A DNA stretch of 64,000 nt from contig JAQGDQ010002406.1 of assembly GCA_030141605.1 (NCBI GenBank), positions 13,385-77,384 of the forward strand, given 5' to 3'. The number at the start of each line of letters is the position of its first letter. The stretch's first letter is position 1. The notes below the pieces were generated by a model that was not told where the DNA came from, made no database searches, and was given only the letters and a program-made list of their open reading frames with translations. Source of the stretch: Tubiluchus corallicola. Lineage: Eukaryota > Animalia > Priapulida. Below are positions 23,232 to 33,200 of the stretch, piece by piece. The translations under genes were made by a program, and so were the position numbers.

Positions 23232-23798
23232 ATGAAGAAGATCTTGCAGGCGTCTATGGACAGCTTTGATCATTGCGTGGATATATCTGCAAAGGAGGGA
23301 AAGCCCTTCATAATGCCCACGGACACCATATATGGTCTTTGTGCTCCGATATCATCTATTGAAGCAAATCGGGAGATATACAGAATTAAGAAACGGAGTC
23401 CTGATATCCCTTTTCCGTTGCTAATAGGTTCATATGAGCAGCTGCACAGCCTTGTAGATCAAACATTGTCTGAAGAGATGAAGTCATTTGTGGAATATGC
23501 ATGGCAGCACCCTACTACCGTGGTGTTTAGGGCAAATGGCGGAGTTGACCCGCTATTTACCTACAACAATACAATTGCCTTGCGAATGGTAAAGAACGGA
23601 TGGTTAAAAGACGCCCTAAAAATATCCCCCATAAGTGCAACAAGCGCAAATATTTCATCTTGTGATTATGTAGATGATTTCTTCACAATATTCAAAATAT
23701 TTGATATAGAGCTCTTCCTGTTTGACAAAAGAAGAACAAACACTCAACCCTCCACGATAGTAGACATCTCAACAGGAGCAATCAAGCTTCTCCGCTAG
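23232..23798 (+). CDS. tsaC: L-threonylcarbamoyladenylate synthase (Sua5/YrdC)
   Basis: PTDTIYGL, IYRIKKR, SATSANIS, PSTIVD. Confidence 0.88.
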   Translation: MKKILQASMDSFDHCVDISAKEGKPFIMPTDTIYGLCAPISSIEANREIYRIKKRSPDIPFPLLIGSYEQLHSLVDQTLSEEMKSFVEYAWQHPTTVVFRANGGVDPLFTYNNTIALRMVKNGWLKDALKISPISATSANISSCDYVDDFFTIFKIFDIELFLFDKRRTNTQPSTIVDISTGAIKLLR

Positions 23799-23896
23799 TG
23801 GTGTGGTGAAATCTGCCTTTTGCAAAACACTTATAGACGTCCAGACAGATGCCACATCCGTAAAAGACCACAGTTTCAAGAAAAAATCAGACACAA

Positions 23897-24778
23897 CTAA
23901 AGGTGAAAGGACGCAACACTCCACTTTGGTATAGCCACCCTCAGAGTAATGAACGGATTGACTATCTGACTAACTTCAAGATCGCAAACAATGCCCACAT
24001 ACCGATAAGCGTCTTCAAATCCCAACTTATGGGAAGACTGTATCAGCTCCACAGCATAACTCAGTCCCTTTTTGCAAGCTGTGGGCAAATCTTTTTCACT
24101 GGTAATAATCTTGTAGTGTGTCGGAGTTTCCACGATGGGCATCTTTATCTTCTGTTTTGACAACTCTACCTGCAAAACTACCCTTCCGCCTATTCCCACA
24201 CCAGTACCGCAGAGCTCCCCGTCGCCCATGGCAGCCTGTAGATCTCCGACGGCAATATTTGCTCCGTCCACAAGCAAATGCACGTGATTGCCCGCCCTAA
24301 TATCCCTGGCACCCATATTTCCACCGTGATCACCCGGTATATCGCATTTTACAACACCTTGGGAAGTTGAAACACCAATGATCCCCACCATGGATGAAAC
24401 GGGCAACTTTATCGCATCGTTAAAAGTTATCACATCGTCCCTAACGGGCAATATCTTTGTGCTGACCTCCGATATTCTGTCTCCCAAAAGCCCAAGGTTT
24501 GGAGAGCAGACCATAATACCCCGCTCTTCAAGTTCTATATCTAAGATGGAGATTTTAATGGAATCCCCAGCATTGACAGAGTTCACCATGATAGGGCCCG
24601 TTGCGGCATTCAGAATAGTTGCATCTACACTGTCACTCAGATCTTCCTCAGAAGCGATCTGATCGGAATAGCGCTCCACAGTGGAGACACTGAATATCTC
24701 CCCAAGTTCCACAGTCTCCACGGGTTCATTCTCGGGTGAAAATGCATATATTACATTATCTGACGCTATATCTCTCAC
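23897..24778 (-). CDS. acetamidase/formamidase family protein (divergent active-site motifs)
   Basis: ATGPI, PGDHGGNM, GD..AAMGDGE, SQIVNP family motifs. Confidence 0.85.
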   Translation of the reverse strand: MRDIASDNVIYAFSPENEPVETVELGEIFSVSTVERYSDQIASEEDLSDSVDATILNAATGPIMVNSVNAGDSIKISILDIELEERGIMVCSPNLGLLGDRISEVSTKILPVRDDVITFNDAIKLPVSSMVGIIGVSTSQGVVKCDIPGDHGGNMGARDIRAGNHVHLLVDGANIAVGDLQAAMGDGELCGTGVGIGGRVVLQVELSKQKIKMPIVETPTHYKIITSEKDLPTACKKGLSYAVELIQSSHKLGFEDAYRYVGIVCDLEVSQIVNPFITLRVAIPKWSVASFHL

Positions 24779-25045
24779 AAAGACACCACCGCTTGCAGGA
24801 AGCAACGCCCTATTCTTGCTGAGCATCGCACAAATCATCCAATATTTTAAGCCGTTGTTTAGCGTAACAAACAATCTTATAAATGTAAATAGCCTTATCA
24901 GATCTTGAAAGAACTGAGCTTTTCAAGCAAACTATCGATGGGCCAGCACACAATATAGCGGTAGAAATGCGTGAAACTCACAATAAAATAGATCATGAAA
25001 AATATCAGTATGAAATCAGCTTATAAACGGAAGCAATGAAATATC

Positions 25046-25074
25046 TTGCAAATTGTGTAAAAATCCTTTATCCT
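25046..25074 (+). promoter_or_regulatory. sigma70-like promoter for the cytochrome c gene
   Basis: TTGCAA-N17-TATCCT. Confidence 0.55.
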
Positions 25075-25128
25075 TTGATGGAGTTATGTAACGATTGGTT
25101 TGTAGCGTTTTTCTAGGAGATTATAATT

Positions 25129-25497
25129 ATGAGGAAATTAATATTTTTAGCGTTTGCACTGTCTGTGTTTACCGTTATGGCTTTTGCTGTGGATAACGAG
25201 GGTGATGAGTTCATCGACTTGAAGAAGACATGGAATGTCGAAGGGAAGCAAAAGAGTACCATATTTTCCCACTGGGCGCATCAGGATCACCTGGAGGGGG
25301 ACTGTGAAACATGCCACACAAGTATGGATGATTTAACCAAGTTAAAGGATCTGACTACGGGCACAGAACTAGATACATCTGTGATCAAAGGGACAAAGAA
25401 TGTTGCTCACGATTCGTTCTGTTGGTCTTGTCATTCTGATAAGAAAGTGAGTATCGGTAAAAACTGCAATAAGTGCCATGTAGGCTCGAAAGAATAA
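25129..25497 (+). CDS. periplasmic triheme cytochrome c (c7/c3 family)
   Basis: Signal peptide; FSHWAH, CETCH, AH...CWSCH, CNKCH. Confidence 0.88.
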   Translation: MRKLIFLAFALSVFTVMAFAVDNEGDEFIDLKKTWNVEGKQKSTIFSHWAHQDHLEGDCETCHTSMDDLTKLKDLTTGTELDTSVIKGTKNVAHDSFCWSCHSDKKVSIGKNCNKCHVGSKE

Positions 25498-25501
25498 TTA
25501 T

Positions 25502-25531
25502 AAAGCAGCTTTTACAAGCTGCTTTATTTTT
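25502..25531 (+). terminator. intrinsic terminator after the cytochrome gene
   Basis: AAAGCAGCTT-ttac-AAGCTGCTTT followed by a T run. Confidence 0.8.
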
Positions 25532-25624
25532 TGCACACTTTCAAAAGGTCAGTCTCCCGTTAGACTGCACAAGTTATCAAGTTAATACATTTTTCATATA
25601 TTACCACCAAGCAGGAGGGCTATC

Positions 25625-27055
25625 ATGCTTCAAGTTTATAACAGTCTGAGCGGTAAGAAGGAAACATTTACACCCATTGAGCAAAACGCGGTCAAGATGT
25701 ATGTCTGCGGCATTACGGCGTACGATTATTGTCATGCGGGGCATGGACGGAGCAGTGTTGCTTTTGATGTTATAAGGAGATATTTGATACACTCAGGGTA
25801 TGATGTGCTCTTTGTGAAAAACTTCACAGACATAGATGATAAAATAATTGATCGGGCAAAGGAGCTCAACGTATCTTGTACAGAACTCACGGACAGATTT
25901 ATTGACGAGCATGACGCGGATATGGAGATGCTAAACGTCATGTCTCCCAATGAAATCCCAAAAGCAACGGAATACATAGAAGAGATGATCGAGTTTGTAG
26001 CAAAGCTGATAAAGAAGGGTCACGCTTACGTTTCAAATAATGATGTGTATTATGACGTAACGAGCTTTGCAGATTATGGCAAGCTCTCTAAGAGGAATGT
26101 GGACGACATGGTTGCAGGAGCAAGGGTTGAGATCAATGACAACAAACGCAACCCTATGGATTTTGTTCTGTGGAAAGCATCAAAAGATGGCGAGCCCTCT
26201 TGGGAAAGCCCCTGGGGCAATGGTCGACCCGGGTGGCACATTGAGTGTAGCGCCATGAGTGTAAAGCTTCTGGGAGAAACCTTTGACATTCATGGTGGAG
26301 GCGTTGATCTTGTGTTTCCCCATCATGAGAATGAGATAGCACAATCTGAAGCCCTGCACGAAAAAGCATTTGCAAACTACTGGATACACAACGGCTTTTT
26401 GGTGACCGACTCCACCAAGATGTCAAAATCTTTGGGCAATTTCTTCACCCTGAGGGATATTTTGTCTCAATTTCATCCGGAAGTTATCCGTTATTACTTC
26501 ACAACCACACACTACAGACAACCACTTGAGTTCTCTTTTGACAGGATTATGGAAGCTGAAACCGCACTGGAAAGGATATATAACTACCTTTACGAACTAG
26601 GTCTTGCAAGCGGCACAAAAGGAAAAGATCAAACAGATACAGTCAAAGAGATGCTGGACACCTTTAAGGGACGGTTCAAGAGCTCCATGGATGATGACTT
26701 TAACACTCCTATGTCCCTTGGGGCGTTGTTTGAGTTTATCAGAAAGGGGAACACTATACTCAGCGAAAAACCTGATGAAAGCACCCTCACTGCGTTGCGT
26801 TCCGCATCCGGTGAGGTGATAGGTGTAATTAAGGATGTTTTTGGCGTCGTCAACCTGTCGCCTGCGGAGTATTACGATTCAAATCTCACCATGGAAAAAG
26901 AGGAATTGACAAAACTGATCTCCGAACGGGATGAAGCAAGGCACAGCAAAGACTTTGCAAAGTCGGATGCCATAAGGGACAAGCTCGGCAACCTTGGGAT
27001 AGAGTTAAAAGACACGGCAGATGGGACAAGATACAGCGTTAAAAGAATACGCTAA
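25625..27055 (+). CDS. cysS: cysteine--tRNA ligase
   Basis: MYVCGIT, HAGH, NFTDIDDKII, GRPGWHIECSAM, FPHHENE, KMSKS. Confidence 0.98.
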   Translation: MLQVYNSLSGKKETFTPIEQNAVKMYVCGITAYDYCHAGHGRSSVAFDVIRRYLIHSGYDVLFVKNFTDIDDKIIDRAKELNVSCTELTDRFIDEHDADMEMLNVMSPNEIPKATEYIEEMIEFVAKLIKKGHAYVSNNDVYYDVTSFADYGKLSKRNVDDMVAGARVEINDNKRNPMDFVLWKASKDGEPSWESPWGNGRPGWHIECSAMSVKLLGETFDIHGGGVDLVFPHHENEIAQSEALHEKAFANYWIHNGFLVTDSTKMSKSLGNFFTLRDILSQFHPEVIRYYFTTTHYRQPLEFSFDRIMEAETALERIYNYLYELGLASGTKGKDQTDTVKEMLDTFKGRFKSSMDDDFNTPMSLGALFEFIRKGNTILSEKPDESTLTALRSASGEVIGVIKDVFGVVNLSPAEYYDSNLTMEKEELTKLISERDEARHSKDFAKSDAIRDKLGNLGIELKDTADGTRYSVKRIR

Positions 27056-27195
27056 CACTTAATGACAAATCTTGAAATAGGCAGCATGTGCTGTCTATTT
27101 CAGGGTTCTTTGCACAAAGCCACTATGAACAACGTGTCCCAAGCATACTTGCTATAGCGCAATCGGTCTCATCACATGACACTAATCACATAATA

Positions 27196-27540
27196 TTACA
27201 GCTTTCCGCAATCATAATAATAGCCGCTAAAAGCGTACTTTATCAATGGATCTCCGCCCACTTCTTTAACCAGGGTAGTATATATTTTTTCCTCCCAGAT
27301 CTCGACACCATTTACAACGACGGTATCCGCGCCCATTTTCCCCGCATCATTTCTCAGCAAATCACGGGCTTCCTCCTCAGACCTTGCTGGATATGCTCTG
27401 TCCTCATTAATGGGCCCCAACTCAACACAACCTTCAGGTTTTTCATCCAAAACCGTAACTAGTTCTCCCAACGGAGTCAGCTCCTTGTTAGCGCAACCAA
27501 GCATGACAAAAACTGCCAACAACATCACTATTCTAACCAT
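27196..27540 (-). CDS. small lipoprotein (DUF4156-like)
   Basis: Lipobox MLGC; GCVELG...LRNDAGKMGADTV...YYDC. Confidence 0.65.
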   Translation of the reverse strand: MVRIVMLLAVFVMLGCANKELTPLGELVTVLDEKPEGCVELGPINEDRAYPARSEEEARDLLRNDAGKMGADTVVVNGVEIWEEKIYTTLVKEVGGDPLIKYAFSGYYYDCGKL

Positions 27541-27648
27541 ATTATCAAACCTCCTTATCCTCGATAAATGATAACAATATGGTACCAATAGCGCCAAAGC
27601 AAGGCAAGACAAAAAGGTCTGAGTAGGGTTTTATAAGGTTAGAAAATC

Positions 27649-27676
27649 TTGACAAATTTGATTTAAGGCGTACACT
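27649..27676 (+). promoter_or_regulatory. sigma70-like promoter for feoA
   Basis: TTGACA-N16-TACACT. Confidence 0.6.
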
Positions 27677-27711
27677 GCCCTACTAGACGTGTAAATATTT
27701 GGAGAAGTTTT

Positions 27712-27951
27712 ATGTTACTTGCATTGAGAAAGATGAAGATAGATCAGAAAGGAATAATAAAGGAGATATTGAGCAGCGAAAATGGCGCTAGCTTGAACAT
27801 AAAAGAGATGGGGTTCATCCCCGGTAAAGAGATACAGGTTAGAGGGCGAGCTCCACTACAGGATCCGGTTGCTGTGAAGATAGATGGCAATGTCTTAACC
27901 CTTCGCAACAAAGAAGCCGACTGCATTTTAGTGGAAGTTGACCAGAGCTGA
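27712..27951 (+). CDS. feoA: ferrous iron transport protein A
   Basis: EMGFIPG, APLQDPVAV, LRNKEA. Confidence 0.92.
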   Translation: MLLALRKMKIDQKGIIKEILSSENGASLNIKEMGFIPGKEIQVRGRAPLQDPVAVKIDGNVLTLRNKEADCILVEVDQS

Positions 27952-28266
27952 AGGTGTCTCTTCGGGCATACTGTGGATTTTACCCACTTATAATATCACT
28001 TTGGATTGTAACTTTTCGACACTTTACACTTTAAGCGGTCGCGGTGTTGTCCTCGGGAGCATTCGGTTTTTGCGGGGCGATGTTGTCAAGCGGGGGTAGC
28101 TGTGTGTTGCCCTTATTTTGAGCTGCTTAAGTTTGCTGCAGGGCGCTTTCTTCGGAAAGAGCGGCCGTGCTAGAGTCTTTTTTAAACACTTCCCGGTAAT
28201 AATCACGTCACTACAATATTACTACACATGTGCTACTTTACAGCTCATGAACTTGGAGTGTATTTT

Positions 28267-30474
28267 ATGAATGAGAAAACGATTGCGATAGCGGGCAATC
28301 CAAATGTCGGCAAGACCACCGTGTTCAACATGTTGACCGGCTCTAGATACAAGGTGGCGAACTACCCCGGCGTAACTGTTGAAAAGAAGGTCGGAAACGT
28401 GAGACTGCGTGACAAAAAGGTTACCGTAGTGGATCTGCCCGGCACCTATACATTGAGTCCCCAATCCATGGACGAGGTCATTGCGCGCAACTACATAGTT
28501 GAAGAAAAACCGGAAGCGGTAATCGATGTGATGGATGCTTCCAACCTAAGCCGCAATCTGTACCTGGCAGTTCAGATGCGTGAAATGGGGGTCAATCTCC
28601 TTATCGCTCTCAATATGGCGGATGTGGCTGAAAGTCTTGGACTAAAGATAGACACGGATCTTCTCGGCAAATATCTTGGGGCGTCGGTAGTTACAACCGT
28701 TGCCAGAGATAATGATGGCTTAGATGCGCTAAAGGATGCAATAGACGAAAAGTTGCAAGGAGAAGCCCCATCTTCCGCATTATCCATATCGTATGGTGCC
28801 GATGTGGATACGGCAAAGCTCAAGATGACCGACCTAATAGAGACCGAGAGCAGCCTATTGGAAAAATATTCTGCCCCTTGGATCGCTCTGAAATACCTAG
28901 AACAAGATGAATCCATCATGAACGAAGGGAGTGCAGACCCGGAACTTCACAAAAAGCTCATAAAGATCACGGGAAAGCTCAACTCAAGACTGAAGGGTTG
29001 CGCCGGTTGCAACAGCGCCTCCGAAGTCATAGCAGAGCACAGATACAAATATATTTCGGACGTCCTTGCAAAGTGTGTGCAGAAAGAAGATAGCCAGGCG
29101 AAGAAATTTATCACTGACAAGATAGATCTCTTTCTTACCAACAAGATTTTTGGCCCCGTATTTATGCTTTTAGTTTTGTGGGGGGTATATCAATTCACAT
29201 TTTGGGCCAGCGAGTTCCCTGTTTTAGCCCTTGAGTATGGCATAGAGTTTTTGGGTGATGCTGTGTCAAATGTCCTTGGAGAAGGGCTTTTGCAGTCCCT
29301 CATAGTATCCGGCATCATCGACGGTGTTGGGGCGGTGATCGGTTTTGTGCCGCTAATACTCTTTATGTTTGCAGCCATCACCGTTTTAGAAGACAGCGGA
29401 TATATGTCCAGGATATCGTATATGACCGATAAAATTTTCAGCACATTCAAGCTTCAGGGAAATTCTGCGGTGTCCTTCATAGTGTCTGGAGGTATTGCGG
29501 GCGGTTGTGCCGTTCCCGGTATAATGGCTGCAAGATCCATCAAGGGAGAGAAAGAACGTCTTCTCACAATACTGACAGCCCCCTTCATGCCTTGTGGGGC
29601 AAAGTTGCCCGTCTATGCTCTGCTAATCAATGCATTTTTCAGCAGTCACAAAGGGTTTTACATGATGTTAATCACCATATTGAGCTGGAGCATCGCCCTG
29701 ATGGTGGCATTTATGCTCGGCGCATTCGTCAAGAGTGACAAAGATGTGCACTATATTTCGGAACTCCCCCTATATCGCTTGCCTACCATCAAGAGCATAG
29801 CTGTAAACTCTTGGGAAAGATGTTGGATGTACATCAAAAAAGCCGGGACAGTGATACTATTCGTCTCGATTGTATTGTGGGTACTCCTGTCATTTCCATC
29901 TTTGAGCGAGGATGAGACCATCCGGTTTGACTTGGAAAGAGTTGAAATATTGGGCAAATACACTCCCGAGATAGTGAATGGGGTTTTGTCAGAAGATGAA
30001 AACCTACCAGAGAATGCCGGTGCACTACAGCAAGAGTTGTCCAACCTGGAAGCTCAAATTCTTGCAGAAAAGATGAAGCGTTCCGCAGCCGGCAGAGTGG
30101 GCACATTTGTGGAACCTGTCACGCAATATGCAGGATTTGACTGGCGTACAAACATCGCCCTGATCGCAGGAATAGCTGCAAAAGAGGTGATCATATCCAC
30201 CTTAGGTACCACATATTCCATGGGTGAGATCGATGACGTTGAAAGCGAGAGCGAGACGAGAACGCTGAGGACAAGATTGCAACAAGACCCCGGCTGGAGC
30301 AAAGCCACAGCACTGTCCATACTGATATTCACAATGCTGTATTCACCATGTTTTGTCGCAGTAACCATGATATTCAGAGAGACGCGTTCCCTATTCTGGG
30401 CAGTGTTTACTGTGATAGGCTACACAGCTATTGCCCTTTTCGTTTCAACAATTGTGTATCAGCTGTTGTCTTAA
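28267..30474 (+). CDS. feoB: ferrous iron transport protein B
   Basis: GNPNVGKT, NYPGVTV, DLPGTY, LEDSGYM, GCAVP, ELP.Y. Confidence 0.97.
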   Translation: MNEKTIAIAGNPNVGKTTVFNMLTGSRYKVANYPGVTVEKKVGNVRLRDKKVTVVDLPGTYTLSPQSMDEVIARNYIVEEKPEAVIDVMDASNLSRNLYLAVQMREMGVNLLIALNMADVAESLGLKIDTDLLGKYLGASVVTTVARDNDGLDALKDAIDEKLQGEAPSSALSISYGADVDTAKLKMTDLIETESSLLEKYSAPWIALKYLEQDESIMNEGSADPELHKKLIKITGKLNSRLKGCAGCNSASEVIAEHRYKYISDVLAKCVQKEDSQAKKFITDKIDLFLTNKIFGPVFMLLVLWGVYQFTFWASEFPVLALEYGIEFLGDAVSNVLGEGLLQSLIVSGIIDGVGAVIGFVPLILFMFAAITVLEDSGYMSRISYMTDKIFSTFKLQGNSAVSFIVSGGIAGGCAVPGIMAARSIKGEKERLLTILTAPFMPCGAKLPVYALLINAFFSSHKGFYMMLITILSWSIALMVAFMLGAFVKSDKDVHYISELPLYRLPTIKSIAVNSWERCWMYIKKAGTVILFVSIVLWVLLSFPSLSEDETIRFDLERVEILGKYTPEIVNGVLSEDENLPENAGALQQELSNLEAQILAEKMKRSAAGRVGTFVEPVTQYAGFDWRTNIALIAGIAAKEVIISTLGTTYSMGEIDDVESESETRTLRTRLQQDPGWSKATALSILIFTMLYSPCFVAVTMIFRETRSLFWAVFTVIGYTAIALFVSTIVYQLLS

Positions 30475-30499
30475 GAAAAAAATATAAAGGTGGTGTCAC

Positions 30500-32059
30500 T
30501 TATGTAAGTGATGCCACCATATATATTGCGGTGATAACTCCTACTATCCCTTCCCCACCGATAAACCCGGAAGCAATAACTACCCCTTGGGCAGAACATT
30601 TCCCGCCAAACTTGTCCGTTAAAAGCCTTATCATACCACCAAAAAAGATAGCAGCACTTATGCTTATGGGCAGATACACCCCTATTCCCAAGGTAAGCAC
30701 CGGTATTCTGAACAGTATCAGTACAGCCCCCAGGATGATACCGGTCCAAAAGCTCGTTAAATGCGGGATGCCTTCCGCCATAATGGATACAAGATAGCTC
30801 TGAGGGGCATGCAAAAATGTATTGGGGCCAAACTCTCCATAAACCTTATACATAACGAGAAATACAAAACTTCCCACAAATGCACCGATGAACGCTCCTA
30901 TAGCTTCGCCGTATATCTGTGACCATCTGTTGTTTCCCAGCAGATGTCCCGCCTTTAGATCGTTCATAATATCCCCCGTAAGACCACTGGCAGAAGCCAC
31001 TATTGCAGCACCTGCAAAAAGTTGAAAATAGGGCAAATCAAAAACAAACTTCAATGTAAGGAGGGCAATTATCCCAAAAACCTCCATGGGATTGACCCCG
31101 GATTGACCGGTGAGGATGGCGGATATGCCGCTTGCAAACCAAGCTATAATAACGAGAAGCAGAATCGCCTGCACACTAAATCCAAAAACTAAATGAGCAA
31201 ACGTCACGACAAATAGGACAAGAGCAATAATATAACCCCTACCCCGCCTCAAAGTTGTGTAGGAGGATAGCCATCTTTTAAGGTTGGGCAGTGTCCTCAC
31301 AATGAGTCCGACCCCACTTCCCAACATAAGACCTATCCCAAGGCTATTCTTAAACTCTGAAGCCAAATCCGCAGAGGTAAAGATACCGTACTCAACACAA
31401 AAGCCCATGATTATGTACGTGCCTACGATACCCCCCAAAATCCATACAAAAGTGTGCAAAAAGCCGATAATGTACCCCATACCCATGGCCAAAGGAGATA
31501 TCCACACGCTAAAAGAGAATACACCGTGAGTAAAACCCAAAGAGGGAGGGATTTTGGCAAAAGAGTCCCTCAATAACGCAATAAAAGCGCTGAAGCCGAC
31601 TCCGCATATCAGTTGAACAATCCCCCCTGCTCCCCTATCTTGAACCGTCAAGGTCTCGTAAGCCGCACGTCCAATGGGATATTCCAGCTCGTCATTCCTA
31701 AGGGCAAAATCACTGAATACAAACGTGCTAAATATGCCTATCATAGAGCCGATAAGAGCTATCCCCACAAGAAACGGAAACGTCACAACAGCATCATGAT
31801 TTATCATCACAAGGGCTGGAACGGTGAAAGCCATCCCCCCAGAAACCATAGCACCAGCACTCATTATAGTATGCGTGGTATTCACCTCCTTCAAACACCT
31901 TCCCCCAAGAAGACGCAAACCACCCATAGACAAAAGGGCTACAAAAATCGTGGGCCAAGGAAGAGCACCAAGACGCAACGCAATATACATGGAACTGCTA
32001 CTCACAATTACAGAACCTATAGAACCCAAAACCACACCACGAAGGCTTAAACTATTCAC
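30500..32059 (-). CDS. OPT/YSL family transporter
   Basis: Many TM segments; YPIG, DIMNDLKAGHLLG, APQ, GIGVYLP, ASGFIGGEG. Confidence 0.88.
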   Translation of the reverse strand: MNSLSLRGVVLGSIGSVIVSSSSMYIALRLGALPWPTIFVALLSMGGLRLLGGRCLKEVNTTHTIMSAGAMVSGGMAFTVPALVMINHDAVVTFPFLVGIALIGSMIGIFSTFVFSDFALRNDELEYPIGRAAYETLTVQDRGAGGIVQLICGVGFSAFIALLRDSFAKIPPSLGFTHGVFSFSVWISPLAMGMGYIIGFLHTFVWILGGIVGTYIIMGFCVEYGIFTSADLASEFKNSLGIGLMLGSGVGLIVRTLPNLKRWLSSYTTLRRGRGYIIALVLFVVTFAHLVFGFSVQAILLLVIIAWFASGISAILTGQSGVNPMEVFGIIALLTLKFVFDLPYFQLFAGAAIVASASGLTGDIMNDLKAGHLLGNNRWSQIYGEAIGAFIGAFVGSFVFLVMYKVYGEFGPNTFLHAPQSYLVSIMAEGIPHLTSFWTGIILGAVLILFRIPVLTLGIGVYLPISISAAIFFGGMIRLLTDKFGGKCSAQGVVIASGFIGGEGIVGVITAIYMVASLT

Positions 32060-32198
32060 AAAAGAAAACCGCCAAAATATTATTGATAAATTTCAAAACA
32101 TTGTACAAGTGTCGTTATACGAACTCAACCATTATCCGATAATTTATATACAGACATGTGCCGCATTTATTGTGTATACTTTGTATACGGGGGAGTTT

Positions 32199-33200
32199 AT
32201 GAAGATCAAATTCATGGTAATGCTGCTGGTTATAGCGTCAATTGCGAGTGTTGCATATTTTTTCGGAAAGTCTTATCGAGACAAGAAGCTGGGAAATGAC
32301 ATAAAGATTTACGGCAATGTGGAGATAAATGAGGTCAACATAGGTTTTTTGGTAGATGTTGGGCGCATCCACAGGCTTTATTTTAATGAAGGAGATATTG
32401 TCAAGGCGGGTGATCTTTTGGGTGAGATTGACAACAGAAGCCAGACAGCGATAGTAGCTTTAAACGAAGCTTCCCTAAAAGCTGCAGAGTCTAAGCTCGA
32501 AAAACTCAAGAACGGCACGAGGATAGAAGATATCGAAGAGGGAAAAGCCAGATTTGAGGAAGCAAAAGCTAACTTTGATTACAAAGACAAACATTTCAAA
32601 AGGATGAAGCAGCTATACTCATCTCAATCCATATCTGAAAATGATTATGATATATCTTTATCCGAGAGAGAGGTAGCGCTATCCAGACTGAAGGTGGCGG
32701 AAGCATCCCTCAATAGATTAAATAAAGGTCCAAGATCCGAAGATATCAGGCTTGGGGAAGCGGAGCTAGACGCTGCGAAGAACAATCTCAAGTTAGCTTT
32801 AAAAAATTTTGAAGACACAAAACTGTTTGCGGTAAGTAGCGGAGTGATTACGGTAAGAGCTGCAGAAGAGGGAGAGATTGTAACAGCGGGCAACACGATC
32901 TACATCATGTCTTTGGATGAAACTTTATATGTTCGGGGTTATTTGAGTGAGCTCGATTTAGGACGTGTTAGAATCGGTGATGAAGCGTTTATATACAACG
33001 ACACCTACAAGCATGAGCCCCACGAGGGGATAATAAGCTACATATCACCGACTGCGGAGTTCACGCCAAAACATGTGCAGACGGAAGATATACGCTCAAA
33101 TCTCGTCTACCGCATAAAGGTAGCCGTCACAAACCCTGATGGCGTGTCAGACGTACTGAAACAGGGGATGCCCGTAACCGTAGTTATACCGAAGCCTTAG
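32199..33200 (+). CDS. HlyD-family periplasmic adaptor (YbhG-like)
   Basis: TM anchor, lipoyl halves, coiled coil, ISPTAEFTPK.VQT, LKQGMP; RBS GGGGAG before ATG 32199. Confidence 0.9.
   Translation: MKIKFMVMLLVIASIASVAYFFGKSYRDKKLGNDIKIYGNVEINEVNIGFLVDVGRIHRLYFNEGDIVKAGDLLGEIDNRSQTAIVALNEASLKAAESKLEKLKNGTRIEDIEEGKARFEEAKANFDYKDKHFKRMKQLYSSQSISENDYDISLSEREVALSRLKVAEASLNRLNKGPRSEDIRLGEAELDAAKNNLKLALKNFEDTKLFAVSSGVITVRAAEEGEIVTAGNTIYIMSLDETLYVRGYLSELDLGRVRIGDEAFIYNDTYKHEPHEGIISYISPTAEFTPKHVQTEDIRSNLVYRIKVAVTNPDGVSDVLKQGMPVTVVIPKP

Noticed and set aside
27560-27582. Fur box upstream of feoA
   Set aside because: Only about 10 of 19 positions match, in AT-rich DNA, and the site does not overlap the feoA promoter
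31824-32198. N-terminal extension of the HlyD ORF to 458 aa
   Set aside because: It overlaps the OPT gene on the other strand; the RBS and TM anchor indicate a start at 32199
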